DNA of 64,000 nucleotides, from positions 2,386 through 66,385 of the forward strand of contig JAFRNE010000002.1 in NCBI GenBank assembly GCA_017430325.1. The letters are read 5' to 3'. Positions within the stretch are counted from its first letter, which is position 1. Each line of letters begins with the position of its first letter. The stretch is from Eubacterium sp. GTDB taxonomy: Bacteria > Bacillota > Clostridia > Lachnospirales > Lachnospiraceae. The notes beneath the pieces were generated by a model. It was given only the letters and a program-made list of their open reading frames with translations. It was not told the origin of the DNA and searched no databases. Positions 9,468 through 19,809 of the stretch are shown here, piece by piece. The position numbers and the translations under genes were made by a program.

Positions 9468-11846
9468 TTATCCGCGTGTACGCTCGATATCGATAACTCC
9501 TTCGATATTTCTGAGCTTGGCTGTTATCCACGCAAGCTGCTCCTTTGAACGGATACCGAACTGCATGGTGACAGTTGCCTTACCCTGCTTATTGATGCGG
9601 ACGTTCACGCCCTTGAGGTCGATCTTCGCCTCATTAAATACCTTGGAAATATCAAACAGCATGCCCTGACGGTTCATGGTGTAAATATTGATCTCAGTAG
9701 TGAATTCCTTCTCTTCACCGTTCACGCTGCTATCAATCCACTCAGCATCGATAAGTCTTGTTCTCTCGCCTTCCTCCATGCAGAGGACGTTGATACAGTC
9801 GGTTCTGTGGATGGAAACGCCACGGCCTCTTGTTACGAAGCCAACTATCTCATCACCCGGAACCGGTGAACAGCACTTGGAGAATCTAACGGCAACATCG
9901 TCTATACCCTTAACCTGGATGCTTCCCTTAGGTATGTCGTAATGTCTATTGTCACGTTTAAGCTCAGCAAGCACGTCATCGTCGGTCTTGTTTGCTTCCT
10001 TCTCCTTGTTGATCTCCTCAAGCAGACGGTTAACAACCTGGCCTTCCTTGATGCCGCCGTGACCGATGGCCGCCATAAGCGAATCCCAGTCAGGGAAATT
10101 GTATTTCTTAAGTACCTTCTCCTGGTATTTAACCTGAAGGATGCTTGACTGATCTATACCCTTGTTCTTGCAGTAATCTTCAACGGCGCTCTTGCCCTTG
10201 ACGATATTTTCTGCCTTGTGTTCCTGACGGAACCACTGATTGATCTTGGTACGGGCCTGAGTACTCTGAACGATGTTCAGCCAGTCCATAGAAGGACCGC
10301 GTGAATTCTGCGAGGTGATGATCTCAACACGGTCACCGCTCTTCAGCTTGTACTCTATCGGAACCTGTCTGCCGTTAACACGGGCGCCGACCATTCTGTT
10401 TCCGACAGCCGTATGTACAACGTAGGCAAAGTCGATCGGTGTCGAGCCGGCCGGAAGTGTCTTAACGTCACCGTCCGGAGTGAAGCAGTAAACCTGATCC
10501 TGGAAGATGTCCAGATCGGTCTTGACTACGTTCATGAACTCGCGGTTATCAGCAGTATCGTTCTGCCACTCAAGGATCTTACGGAGCCAGTTCAGCTTCT
10601 CCTCTTCCTTGTTGACATTTGTGCTGCCGCTTTCCTTGTATTTCCAATGCGCAGCGATACCGTATTCAGCGGTACGGTGCATTTCGTAGGTTCTTATCTG
10701 TATTTCAAACGGTCTTCCGCCATGACCTATAAGCGTCGTATGAAGCGACTGGTACATGTTTGCCTTCGGCATGGCGATGTAGTCCTTGAAACGGCCCGGG
10801 ATAGGCTTGTATTTTTCATGAATGATACCGAGAGCAGCATAGCAGTCCCTGACGGTATCAACCTTGATCCTGAGAGCAAATATATCAAATATCTGATCCA
10901 GTGTTTTGTCCTGGGTCTTCATCTTCTTGAAAATACTGAAGAGATGCTTAACTCGTCCATCGATCTCAGCCTTGATGCCTGCTTCCTTTATGTAATCGCG
11001 CACCTCAGCAACCATCTCGTTGATGAACTCCTCCCTCTCGGTAAGTCTTTCATCGATCTTGGTACGAAGGTCCATATAAACCTCAGGATAAAGGTACTGC
11101 ATCGAAAGGTCATCGAGCTCAATCTTGATCTTACTGATACCAAGTCTGTGAGCGATCGGAGAATATATGTCCATAGTCTCTCTGGCCTTCTCGATCTGTT
11201 TCTCATGAGACTGATACTGGAGAGTTCTGAGGTTATGAAGTCGGTCGGCAAGCTTGATGATGATAACTCTGATATCCTGCGCCATGGCAAGGAACATCTT
11301 TCTGAGGTTCTCTGCCTGAAGCTCGATCTTATCCTGTGACAGGTTCAATTTTGTAAGTTTTGTAACACCGTCAACAAGAAGAGCGATCTCTTCCGAGAAT
11401 TCTCTTGCGAGCTCCTCCTTCGTAACAACCGTATCCTCGATAACATCGTGCAGAAGTCCCGCAACAATGGTCTCCTTATCCATTTCAAGCTCTGCAAGGA
11501 TGATGCCTACGCAGATAGGATGGATAATGTATGGCTCGCCCGACTTACGCTTCTGTCCGTTATGAGCTTCGTCTGCAAGCTTGTAAGCTTTCTCTATCAT
11601 TGAGAAATCCTCTGAAGGATGATAAAGCTTGATCTTCTCGATAAGCTCTCTGTAGAGGGTTTCCGGTGGAGTGAAATCAGCAGGCGTCTGCAGATCTCCG
11701 GCTCTCTTTCTGCCATATACATCATAAACGATGCTTATAGGCTGCGGTTCGCTCTTCTCCTGCTCTGCTCCGTTCACTGTATTTTCAGCTGTTTCTGTCT
11801 TAACTTCCGCTTCTTCAACTGTCATGTCTTTTAATTCTTCCGCCAT
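9468..11846 (-). CDS. relA: Bifunctional (p)ppGpp synthetase/hydrolase Rel
   Basis: HD hydrolase motif (LLHDVIED), synthetase motif YQSLHT, TGS domain (TPIDFAY), CC motif and ACT domain. Confidence 0.98.
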   Translation of the reverse strand: MAEELKDMTVEEAEVKTETAENTVNGAEQEKSEPQPISIVYDVYGRKRAGDLQTPADFTPPETLYRELIEKIKLYHPSEDFSMIEKAYKLADEAHNGQKRKSGEPYIIHPICVGIILAELEMDKETIVAGLLHDVIEDTVVTKEELAREFSEEIALLVDGVTKLTKLNLSQDKIELQAENLRKMFLAMAQDIRVIIIKLADRLHNLRTLQYQSHEKQIEKARETMDIYSPIAHRLGISKIKIELDDLSMQYLYPEVYMDLRTKIDERLTEREEFINEMVAEVRDYIKEAGIKAEIDGRVKHLFSIFKKMKTQDKTLDQIFDIFALRIKVDTVRDCYAALGIIHEKYKPIPGRFKDYIAMPKANMYQSLHTTLIGHGGRPFEIQIRTYEMHRTAEYGIAAHWKYKESGSTNVNKEEEKLNWLRKILEWQNDTADNREFMNVVKTDLDIFQDQVYCFTPDGDVKTLPAGSTPIDFAYVVHTAVGNRMVGARVNGRQVPIEYKLKSGDRVEIITSQNSRGPSMDWLNIVQSTQARTKINQWFRQEHKAENIVKGKSAVEDYCKNKGIDQSSILQVKYQEKVLKKYNFPDWDSLMAAIGHGGIKEGQVVNRLLEEINKEKEANKTDDDVLAELKRDNRHYDIPKGSIQVKGIDDVAVRFSKCCSPVPGDEIVGFVTRGRGVSIHRTDCINVLCMEEGERTRLIDAEWIDSSVNGEEKEFTTEINIYTMNRQGMLFDISKVFNEAKIDLKGVNVRINKQGKATVTMQFGIRSKEQLAWITAKLRNIEGVIDIERTRG

Positions 11847-11947
11847 ACTAATTCCTCCTTTCTATTCTTTTCATAATTATTTTTATTAACATCATATCAG
11901 CTTACGCCGACACCGATGTTTCAGCCACATATTCTTTGTATCGCGGA

Positions 11948-12475
11948 TCATTCTCCCTCGAACTTAACGATGGATGCAACATCGTAGTCCTTAAGTACTT
12001 CACGGCCCTTGAGTTCCGGAAGCTCGATGATAAATATCATCTTAACAACCTCAGCACCAAGACGCTCTACAAGTCTTGCAGCTGCAGCAATAGTTCCGCC
12101 TGTTGCGATCAGGTCATCCACGAGAACAACCTTGTCACCCGGCTTGATATCATTCTTGCTGACCTCGATTGTTGCTGTACCGTATTCGAGATCGTAGGTC
12201 TCCTCAACGGTCTCTCTTGGAAGCTTACCCTTCTTTCTTATAAGTGTAAGCGGCTTATTGTTCTTATATGCGAGAGGTGCACCGAAGACGAAGCCTCTTG
12301 CCTCAACACCTGCGATCATGTCATAATCCACACCTTCAAGGAGCTTATCCAGCTCATCTACCGCAAGCTTCAGACCATCAGCATTGTTGATCACTGATGT
12401 TATATCTCTGAAAAGTATTCCCGGCTTTGGAAAATCCGGAATTGTAACTATATAATCCTCAAGCTTCTTCTTCAT
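11948..12475 (-). CDS. apt: Adenine phosphoribosyltransferase
   Basis: IPDFPKPGILFRDI, VDDLIATGGT. Confidence 0.98.
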   Translation of the reverse strand: MKKKLEDYIVTIPDFPKPGILFRDITSVINNADGLKLAVDELDKLLEGVDYDMIAGVEARGFVFGAPLAYKNNKPLTLIRKKGKLPRETVEETYDLEYGTATIEVSKNDIKPGDKVVLVDDLIATGGTIAAAARLVERLGAEVVKMIFIIELPELKGREVLKDYDVASIVKFEGE

Positions 12476-12548
12476 CTTATCTTCCTCCCTATCTACTCGT
12501 TAGTTCTTAGTAGTATATGTCTTTGCTTAATTTTCACATTACACTGCT

Positions 12549-14300
12549 CTATGCCGGCTGATAATCCACCAGCATAAACTGCACTTCTCTACTGCCCATA
12601 TATTCATTTATCTGTGGGCGATAGGCTATATTCAACCTTACGTTGTTTAAAGCCCCTCCTTCTATTTTATCACATTCAGCGGCCCCAAACCACTCTTTTA
12701 TATTATTAAAGAAGCCCTGAACATCAAATGATATAAGCCTGTATCTGCCTCCCTGGCTGTCCTCGACGAAGAGCCAGAGGCAGTTTTTCAGCTTGCCTCT
12801 CACCTCAGCGCGTCTGACCTTCAGACCCGCATCCGCAAATACAGCCTCTCTGTTTCCCTCCCCCACCGGTTCGAGAACGCTGAGCTGTTCCACATTCGCC
12901 AGGTTGAAATACGACATTCCAACCTTCGCATCTATGATAAGCTTCGGAGCAAGATCCTCCTCGGCTATATTTTCGTTTTCATTTATCGCTATCCTGAAGG
13001 CATCGAGATTCTCTTTTCTGAGGCTGAGTCCGGCCGCCTTCTTGTGGCCTCCGCATGTATTTAAAAGGGTGCTGACCTTCTCCAGCTCAGTGGCCAGATC
13101 ATAGCCGTCGATGCCTCTCGCAGAGCCCTTGTAAAGCCCGTCATCCAGCTCGGAATCCGTAAATACGATCGCCGGCCTGTAATATTTCTCCTTCAGCTTT
13201 GCAGCAACTATTCCTGCAAGACTTTCGTGAAGATCCGGTACGTGAACAACGATTATATTGTCGCCTCGAAGATCTTCTCTCGACTCGATAAGCTCGATAG
13301 CTCTCTTCATTCCGGCATCGCATATGCTCTTTCTGCTCTCGTTCAGTTCCACAAGATGCTTTGCTATTATATCCGCCTGCTCGCGGTCATTTGAACTAAA
13401 AAGCTCAACCGCCTGCTCAGCCGACTCCACTCTTCCCGCAGAATTGATGCAAGGTCCGAGGATGAAACTTATTGCGTAGGCATCCAGTTCCTTGCCCTCT
13501 CTGCCGGTTGCGGCGATAAGTGCACGGATTCCCTCATTACTGCTCCTGCCTATCAGTCGAAGTGCTTCCTTCGCATAGATCCTGCTTTCATCCTGAAGCT
13601 TCATGACATCACAGATTGTAGCAAGTCCCACAAATGGAACAAAGTATTCCTCGTCGAATTCCTTACCGAGTTTCTTATACAAACATTTGATAAATTTAAA
13701 GGCTATCGTCGCACCACAGATATCCTCATAAGGATAATCGCAGGTGACCAGCTTCTGGTCAATCACGACATCAGCCATAACATTTCTTTCCTTAGGTTCA
13801 TGATGATCAGTAACTATGACCGTCATGCCCTGAGCCTTTGCAAGCTCCACCGCATCAAAGGCGGCAATACCGTTGTCACAGGTGATGACCGTATCAACAT
13901 CATCAGCCAGCGCATCAGATATAAGGCGAACATTCATTCCGTAACCGTCGGTGATCCTGTGTGGGATCCTGTAATCCACATCTGCTCCCAGATCACTGAG
14001 GCCCTTCAGAAGGATGTATGTGGCAGTCACGCCATCCACATCATAATCGCCGATAACGCGGATCTTCTTACCTTCTTCGAGCTTCTTGATCATAAGCTCG
14101 GTGCCTTCGTCCATTCCGTCCAGAAGGAGCGGATCGTGGCAGTTCGAAAGCCCGCCACTGAGAAACATCTCGAAGCCTTTCTCATCCTCCACATCACGAT
14201 TTCTGATAACCTTCGCGATCAGAGGGTCGATATTAAATTGTGCCGAAATCTTTGCATAATCAAGATTTCTGTTCCTTAGTATCCATTTAGGCTGCGCCAT
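12549..14300 (-). CDS. recJ: ssDNA exonuclease RecJ
   Basis: DHH-family motifs DYDVDG, TDHH, GSARG, GGHKKAAG. Confidence 0.96.
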   Translation of the reverse strand: MAQPKWILRNRNLDYAKISAQFNIDPLIAKVIRNRDVEDEKGFEMFLSGGLSNCHDPLLLDGMDEGTELMIKKLEEGKKIRVIGDYDVDGVTATYILLKGLSDLGADVDYRIPHRITDGYGMNVRLISDALADDVDTVITCDNGIAAFDAVELAKAQGMTVIVTDHHEPKERNVMADVVIDQKLVTCDYPYEDICGATIAFKFIKCLYKKLGKEFDEEYFVPFVGLATICDVMKLQDESRIYAKEALRLIGRSSNEGIRALIAATGREGKELDAYAISFILGPCINSAGRVESAEQAVELFSSNDREQADIIAKHLVELNESRKSICDAGMKRAIELIESREDLRGDNIIVVHVPDLHESLAGIVAAKLKEKYYRPAIVFTDSELDDGLYKGSARGIDGYDLATELEKVSTLLNTCGGHKKAAGLSLRKENLDAFRIAINENENIAEEDLAPKLIIDAKVGMSYFNLANVEQLSVLEPVGEGNREAVFADAGLKVRRAEVRGKLKNCLWLFVEDSQGGRYRLISFDVQGFFNNIKEWFGAAECDKIEGGALNNVRLNIAYRPQINEYMGSREVQFMLVDYQPA

Positions 14301-14328
14301 GTATTTCTCCTGTTTTCTTTAAAAAATA

Positions 14329-14451
14329 CCGGACGGCAAACCGTCCCTCACTCTATTGCCGGTCCTGTTTCGGTCCGGTCATATAAAATACACTACGGGG
14401 ACGATTTCCTCTCTGTCGGAATCTCTCCCGACATCGGGAAAACCGTCCCCG
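14329..14451 (-). terminator. Intergenic stem-loops between secDF and recJ (attenuating terminator or processing site)
   Basis: Minus strand: interrupted hairpin CGGGGACG...CGTCCCCG (14396-14451) and GGACGG-tttg-CCGTCC followed by a T-rich run. Confidence 0.5.
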
Positions 14452-14471
14452 CTGTAACTTTTGCTATAAAA

Positions 14472-16721
14472 TTATACTTCTGCCTTCTTCTTGCCTCTCT
14501 TCTTGAATGAAAGCCAGAGTGGACCTGTGATGAAGATTGAAGAATATGTACCGCAAAGGATACCTACCATAAGCGTAAGTGTGAACTCCTTGATAGCGGC
14601 AACGCCGAGTATATAAAGTACAAGTACAGTCACAAAGGTTGTGAGTGATGAATAGATATTTCTTGAAAGTGTCTGTGAAATACTTGTATTTACGATCTTC
14701 TCGTAACCATCTGTCTCAGGACTCATGAGTTTAAGGTTCTCACGGATTCTGTCGAAGATGACGATAGTTGCGTTGATAGAGTAACCAAGTATGGTCAGCA
14801 TACATGCGATGAAGGTACTGCCTACTGACAGGTATGCAACCGAATAAACCATGAACACGATCATTACATCGTGGATAAGGGCGATAACCGCACTTATACC
14901 GAACTTTGTATCAGAGAATCTGAATGCGATGTAGATAAGCATAAGGATCGAAGCGATAACAACTGCGATGATAGCATCTCTACGCATCTCATTACTGATA
15001 GTACTACTGATATTCTCTGACTCTATGTCAGCGTCTGTAACGCCAAACTTTTCCTTAACTGCATTTGAAACTGCAACTCTCTTCTCTTCATTAAGCTCTG
15101 AAGTCTTGAAGATGATCTGGTTGTTGCTGTCAACGATCTGGATCTGGATAGATCCTTCAGAAACGCCTGCTGCCTCAGCGATAACAGGTCTGATCTCTGA
15201 CTCTGCCTCTGAAAGAGTGTACTCCTTGTTAAAGGTGATAGATGTTGATGTACCGCCTGAGAACTCCAGGCTGAAGTTCATGTTGTCTCCTCTGCTGCCG
15301 ATTCCCTTATTTACAAAGAGGAATGCGATACCCATAACGATGAGGAGTACTGAAATAGAACCTGTAACCTTGAAATACTTTGAGTAAGAACGAACCTTAA
15401 CCTTCTTAGCACGTCCGTAAAGCTTCTCGTTTGTTACGCCGAGAGTTGTAAATACATAAAGCAGGAATCTTGTGATGAAAAGTGCAGAGATCATTGAAAT
15501 AACAATACCAAGAATAAGTGTTCTTGCAAAGCCCTTAACTGAACCTGAACCCATGTAAAGAAGTACAACGCCTGCTATGATAGTTGTGATATTTCCATCA
15601 ACGATAGCTGAAGTAGCCTTTGAGAAACCGGCCTGAACAGCTGTCTTAACGCCCTTGCCTGCAGCGATCTCTTCCTTGATACGCGTAAATATGATAACGT
15701 TCGCATCGACGGCCATACCAATTGAAAGAATGATACCTGCAATACCCGGAAGGGTAAGTGTTATATGTAAAGTCTGTAAGAAGAAAAGCTCAAGGATAAT
15801 ATATGTACCGAGTGCTAATGATGCAAGGAATCCAGGGAATCTGAATACGATGATCATGATAAGGAAAATGATACCGATACCGATAGCACCTGCAAGAAGT
15901 GATGTATCAACAGCGTCATTACCAAGCTTAGCACCTACTACCTGTGAACGAAGCTCTGAAAGAGTAAGTGGAAGGGCACCGATCTTGATGGTACTTGCAA
16001 GCTGTTTAGCCTCATCTAAGTCTTCCTGTCCCTCGATAACTGCAGAACCACCTGTGATCGCAGACTTAACTACAGGTGAGCTTACGATAGCTCCGTCGTA
16101 AACGATGTAAACGATATTTCCTACATTTGCAGAAGTAACGTCTGCAAACTTCTTGGTTCCTTCATCAGTAAACGCAAGCTCAACAACGTACTCGTCGCCT
16201 GTTGTTGCTCTCTGGATAGCTGCATTTGCGTCTTTGATATCAGCTCCTGTAAGAGCAGGTGTATAAGCCTCGCCTGAAAGGAACTTTGTCATATTATCGC
16301 TGTCCAGGAAAAGAAGCTCGCCCGGACGTCCAAGGTCATCAAGGATGGCATTTGGATCATACTTGCTGGTGTCTACAGGGATCTCAACGGTAATACGGTC
16401 GCTTCCTTCCTTGTAAACCTCACCATCCGGGCTGTAGGTATCAACTCTTCGCTGAAGCTTGTCGATAGTACTGTCTATCTCCTCGCTTGACGGATTGTCG
16501 TCCTCGATCTGGTAAGTAACACTGACACCACCCCTAAGGTCAAGACCCAGTGCAATGTCTGATGCACGGCCGATCATAACCGCATCTCTTCCTTCGTCTG
16601 AAGCCTTTACTCCGTTGTTCTTCTCCTCAACAATACCGAACAGAACGGAATAAACTCCGCCTGCTACGGCAGCTAAGAAAAGAATGAACAGAAGTAATGC
16701 TTTCCTTTTTGCTTTCTTCAT
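14472..16721 (-). CDS. secDF: Protein translocase SecD/SecF fusion
   Basis: LGLDLRGG, GMAVDANVIIF, FSLEFSGG, GYSINATIVIFDRIREN. Confidence 0.97.
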   Translation of the reverse strand: MKKAKRKALLLFILFLAAVAGGVYSVLFGIVEEKNNGVKASDEGRDAVMIGRASDIALGLDLRGGVSVTYQIEDDNPSSEEIDSTIDKLQRRVDTYSPDGEVYKEGSDRITVEIPVDTSKYDPNAILDDLGRPGELLFLDSDNMTKFLSGEAYTPALTGADIKDANAAIQRATTGDEYVVELAFTDEGTKKFADVTSANVGNIVYIVYDGAIVSSPVVKSAITGGSAVIEGQEDLDEAKQLASTIKIGALPLTLSELRSQVVGAKLGNDAVDTSLLAGAIGIGIIFLIMIIVFRFPGFLASLALGTYIILELFFLQTLHITLTLPGIAGIILSIGMAVDANVIIFTRIKEEIAAGKGVKTAVQAGFSKATSAIVDGNITTIIAGVVLLYMGSGSVKGFARTLILGIVISMISALFITRFLLYVFTTLGVTNEKLYGRAKKVKVRSYSKYFKVTGSISVLLIVMGIAFLFVNKGIGSRGDNMNFSLEFSGGTSTSITFNKEYTLSEAESEIRPVIAEAAGVSEGSIQIQIVDSNNQIIFKTSELNEEKRVAVSNAVKEKFGVTDADIESENISSTISNEMRRDAIIAVVIASILMLIYIAFRFSDTKFGISAVIALIHDVMIVFMVYSVAYLSVGSTFIACMLTILGYSINATIVIFDRIRENLKLMSPETDGYEKIVNTSISQTLSRNIYSSLTTFVTVLVLYILGVAAIKEFTLTLMVGILCGTYSSIFITGPLWLSFKKRGKKKAEV

Positions 16722-16756
16722 TTTCTTCTCCTCTTGTCACTTTAATTATTTAATAC

Positions 16757-16828
16757 GGAGCCGAACAAATATATACCCATTCGGTTGTAGCAAAATACGC
16801 CCTCATGGGCACATATTTGCTCGACTCC
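16757..16828 (-). other. 24-bp RNA stem-loop between scfB and secDF
   Basis: GGAGUCGAGCAAAUAUGUGCCCAU pairs fully with AUGGGUAUAUAUUUGUUCGGCUCC (four G.U pairs) around a 24-nt loop. Confidence 0.7.
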
Positions 16829-16849
16829 TTATCGTTCTCTAATTATATT

Positions 16850-18385
16850 TTAACGCATCGTATAAGTAAAAGCGTCATCAGGAGCGCAGTCGTTCCCTTC
16901 GTCGCAGTCACTTGTTGTGGTGCTTGCGCAGTCGCTGACATTTAGGTCTGCCGGTTTGTTCCAGCCTTTCGCAGCATCAATGTCGGCCATAGCGGCTTTC
17001 ATCATGAGCGCACACTCGATTCTCTTACGCTCAAGCTCGCAGCCGATATCATAAGCGTCGAGCAGGCTTCCGTGGAACTGGTATGCATTTGCTGCACAAC
17101 CGCCACTGCAGTAGAATCTCGCGAAGCAGTCACGGCATTTGTCCTTGGCATATACGTTGCAGAGCTTAAACTCGTCAACTATGTCGGTACGCTTTATGCC
17201 TTCATCGACATTTCCGATAACAAAATCAGGATTGCCGACAAACTGATGGCAAGGATACAGGTCTCCCGAAGGAGTAACAGCCAGATACTCTGTTCCCGAA
17301 CCACAGCCTGAAAGCCTCTTGTAAACACAAGGTCCGCCCTCAAGGTCTATCATGAAGTGGAAGAAATTTACAGGTCTTCCTTCTTCATAACGCTTAAGGA
17401 GTTCCTTCGCAAGCACATCGTACTGCTCCTTTATGATATCAACATCAGCCTCTGTTATCGCATAATCCTCTGTAGGTGCTGCAACAACCGGCTCCATTGA
17501 AACCTCATCAAAGCCTTCATCCATAAGTGCTATCACGTCGTTACTGAAATCAGTATTGAAGTGTGTAAAGGTACCTCTTACGTAGTACTGGCCCTTTCTC
17601 TTCGCACGGAAATCCTTGTATTTCTTAAGGATGATATCGTGGCTTCCCTTACCGTTTCTTGTTGGACGCATCTTGTCATTAACAGCCTTACGTCCATCGA
17701 TACTGAGAACCACATTGACAAGCTCCTTATTTGCAAACTCAAGTACTTCGTCATTTAAGAGTATACCGTTTGTCGTCAGCGTGAACCTGAACTTCTTGTC
17801 AGTCTCCGCCTCGCGCTTCCTGCCGTATGCAACAAGCTTCTTTACAACCTCAAAGTTCATAAGCGGCTCGCCGCCGAAGAAATCAACTTCAAGGTTTCTC
17901 CTGCTGCCTGAGTTGGCGATCAGGAAATCAAGTGCCTTGCAGCCAACCTCGTAGCTCATTATCTCACGAGGTCCGTTGTATTCGCCCTGCCCTGCGAAGC
18001 AGTATTTGCATGCAAGATTACAGTCATGCGATACATTGAGGCACAGCGCCTTGACTACGGTCTGCCTCTTTTTGAAATCTATTATAATATTTTTATATTC
18101 GTCTTCAGTGAAAAGCTGCCCGCTCTCAGCGAGTGAGGTTACCGCATCGTAAGCCTCCGTTATCTCGCTTTTCTTTTCGTCCTCCGAAAGGGCACTCCAT
18201 GCTCCCGACTTACCTGAAACGTCGTATTCCTTACCGTTCCTGAGCACGGCCTGGACAACCTCATCCTTTGTCCTGCCTGAATACAACTCAATTATGTCGT
18301 AAACAAGCTCATCTACAACATGGACTGATCCGCTGCACACGTCCAGAACCATGTTGTATCCATTGTTCTTATACTGATGAACCAT
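16850..18385 (-). CDS. scfB: SCIFF ranthipeptide radical SAM/SPASM maturase
   Basis: N-terminal RRE-like region, CNLACKYC, FFGGEP, SPASM motifs CGSG..YPCHQF and CRDCFARFYCSGGC. Confidence 0.95.
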   Translation of the reverse strand: MVHQYKNNGYNMVLDVCSGSVHVVDELVYDIIELYSGRTKDEVVQAVLRNGKEYDVSGKSGAWSALSEDEKKSEITEAYDAVTSLAESGQLFTEDEYKNIIIDFKKRQTVVKALCLNVSHDCNLACKYCFAGQGEYNGPREIMSYEVGCKALDFLIANSGSRRNLEVDFFGGEPLMNFEVVKKLVAYGRKREAETDKKFRFTLTTNGILLNDEVLEFANKELVNVVLSIDGRKAVNDKMRPTRNGKGSHDIILKKYKDFRAKRKGQYYVRGTFTHFNTDFSNDVIALMDEGFDEVSMEPVVAAPTEDYAITEADVDIIKEQYDVLAKELLKRYEEGRPVNFFHFMIDLEGGPCVYKRLSGCGSGTEYLAVTPSGDLYPCHQFVGNPDFVIGNVDEGIKRTDIVDEFKLCNVYAKDKCRDCFARFYCSGGCAANAYQFHGSLLDAYDIGCELERKRIECALMMKAAMADIDAAKGWNKPADLNVSDCASTTTSDCDEGNDCAPDDAFTYTMR

Positions 18386-18509
18386 TCATGCACTCCCAAA
18401 TACAACACTCTAAAAGAGGACTATCCTCTGAATGGCCCTCTTTCAGTATGAATATTGCTGTTATGATCTTCTATATTATTCCCGCAAGCAACGGCGGAAA
18501 CAAGGATCA

Positions 18510-18653
18510 TTATTTATTGCTCTCGCAGTGCTGATTTCCTACTGTACAAGATGTCTTACATGCTGACTGGCATGATGTCTGGCACTCGCCGCATCCACCT
18601 GTCTTAACTGTATTGTTAAGTGTCTTAGTTGTAAGAGTTTTGATTCTTTCCAT
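18510..18653 (-). CDS. scfA: SCIFF (six-cysteine) ranthipeptide precursor, 47 aa; absent from ORF track
   Basis: Manual translation MERIKTLTTKTLNNTVKTGGCGECQTSCQSACKTSCTVGNQHCESNK*, with an AGGAGG RBS, immediately upstream of scfB. Confidence 0.97.
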   Translation of the reverse strand: MERIKTLTTKTLNNTVKTGGCGECQTSCQSACKTSCTVGNQHCESNK

Positions 18654-18776
18654 CTCGTTAGTCCTCCTGAAATTAATCTAATAACGGATAGTGGTTTGTA
18701 GAAAAAACCCACTATCCGAGCTATTATAGCATATGTATGCAGTATTGAAAAGAAGATTTTTAGACGCCGCCTAGTA

Positions 18777-19742
18777 TTATTCATCAAATACCATTGAAAT
18801 GACTTCTTCAGAGATACCCTCTTCTCTATAAACATCCTTATCCATTTCTCCGGAGCGATGCAGGGCAAGCGCTCTCTTGAATTCATCTAAATCATCTTCG
18901 CGAGTCACCTCGATAAGTCCTTCGCCCAAATTACACATGACGTTCACCTCCTGTTTATATGAATCCATCACAAGACCATATTTTTCCTTTAGGAACTTTA
19001 TCTTATCCGCAGGTTTGCGTTTTTCTACAAAAACATCATATAAAAGTTCATGAAGATCGGACGGCGGGTTCTTGGCCGTCATCAGTCCTCCTCTTTTTGG
19101 CATCCTCACGGTCACAACACGAAGGAGATCACAGCGTTCGTAATCCTCGCACTCCCCATAGGTTGCTCTGTGCTGTATTTCATATGATGATATCGTATTT
19201 GACGTTTCCTGTGAGCAGTTAAATATGATCCAAATCGAATACACTTTCTCAAGCGAATCATAATTACCATGCTTAACATTTCTGTCTATTTGTTCAGACA
19301 ACATCCTTCCGCAGTACAGTATTCCTCGCGGAACAAGCTGATATCCCGGATTCGGCTTCTTTTGTGCCTCGATGTCAACTATCATCCTGACTTCGCCAAC
19401 CTTATCCGATTTAGGGTTCTTCACAAAAAACCTCACATCGTATGTGACCAGTCCCTCTTTCAGTACCTTTGATTCAGTCGGCAAACCAGTCACCAACTCA
19501 TTTGTAAGTCCCGGATCCACTCCGACACTAGATACCGCAGGTTCCTCGATATAAGGAATAATATCCTCCGGATCCATGTCGCAAAATTCGGAAGTTGTCC
19601 ATTTCAAAATCCTAGCGATCAACTGCTTGTCCGCCAACAGCTTCTTAACCGACGCATCATATTCTTCAATAGTCAATGATGCCGTCACAGCCTTTCCTAA
19701 GTGGCTTAAAGCCTGTGTTTCATGTTCATCATTTTGTCTCAT
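18777..19742 (-). CDS. Rpn-family recombination-promoting nuclease / PD-(D/E)XK putative transposase-like protein
   Basis: YDASVKKLLADK, YDVRF..IVDIEAQ, YCGRMLSEQ, VYSIWII. Confidence 0.75.
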   Translation of the reverse strand: MRQNDEHETQALSHLGKAVTASLTIEEYDASVKKLLADKQLIARILKWTTSEFCDMDPEDIIPYIEEPAVSSVGVDPGLTNELVTGLPTESKVLKEGLVTYDVRFFVKNPKSDKVGEVRMIVDIEAQKKPNPGYQLVPRGILYCGRMLSEQIDRNVKHGNYDSLEKVYSIWIIFNCSQETSNTISSYEIQHRATYGECEDYERCDLLRVVTVRMPKRGGLMTAKNPPSDLHELLYDVFVEKRKPADKIKFLKEKYGLVMDSYKQEVNVMCNLGEGLIEVTREDDLDEFKRALALHRSGEMDKDVYREEGISEEVISMVFDE

Positions 19743-19809
19743 CTGCTTACCGCCTCCTTAATTATAATTCATCTTATTTCCTTATACAAGTATGTACAAT
19801 TTGTATTTT

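Noticed and set aside
9408-9468. Missing dtd between relA and the MBL gene
   Set aside because: Gene-order variation of this kind is common; no remnant is visible, so there is little to interpret.
14329-14346. GGCAAAC resembling a c-di-GMP-I riboswitch
   Set aside because: It is on the non-transcribed strand, forms a simple hairpin loop and lacks the rest of the GEMM motif.
18539-18886. 115-aa ORF overlapping scfA
   Set aside because: Wrong frame; the real product is the 47-aa SCIFF peptide at 18510-18653.
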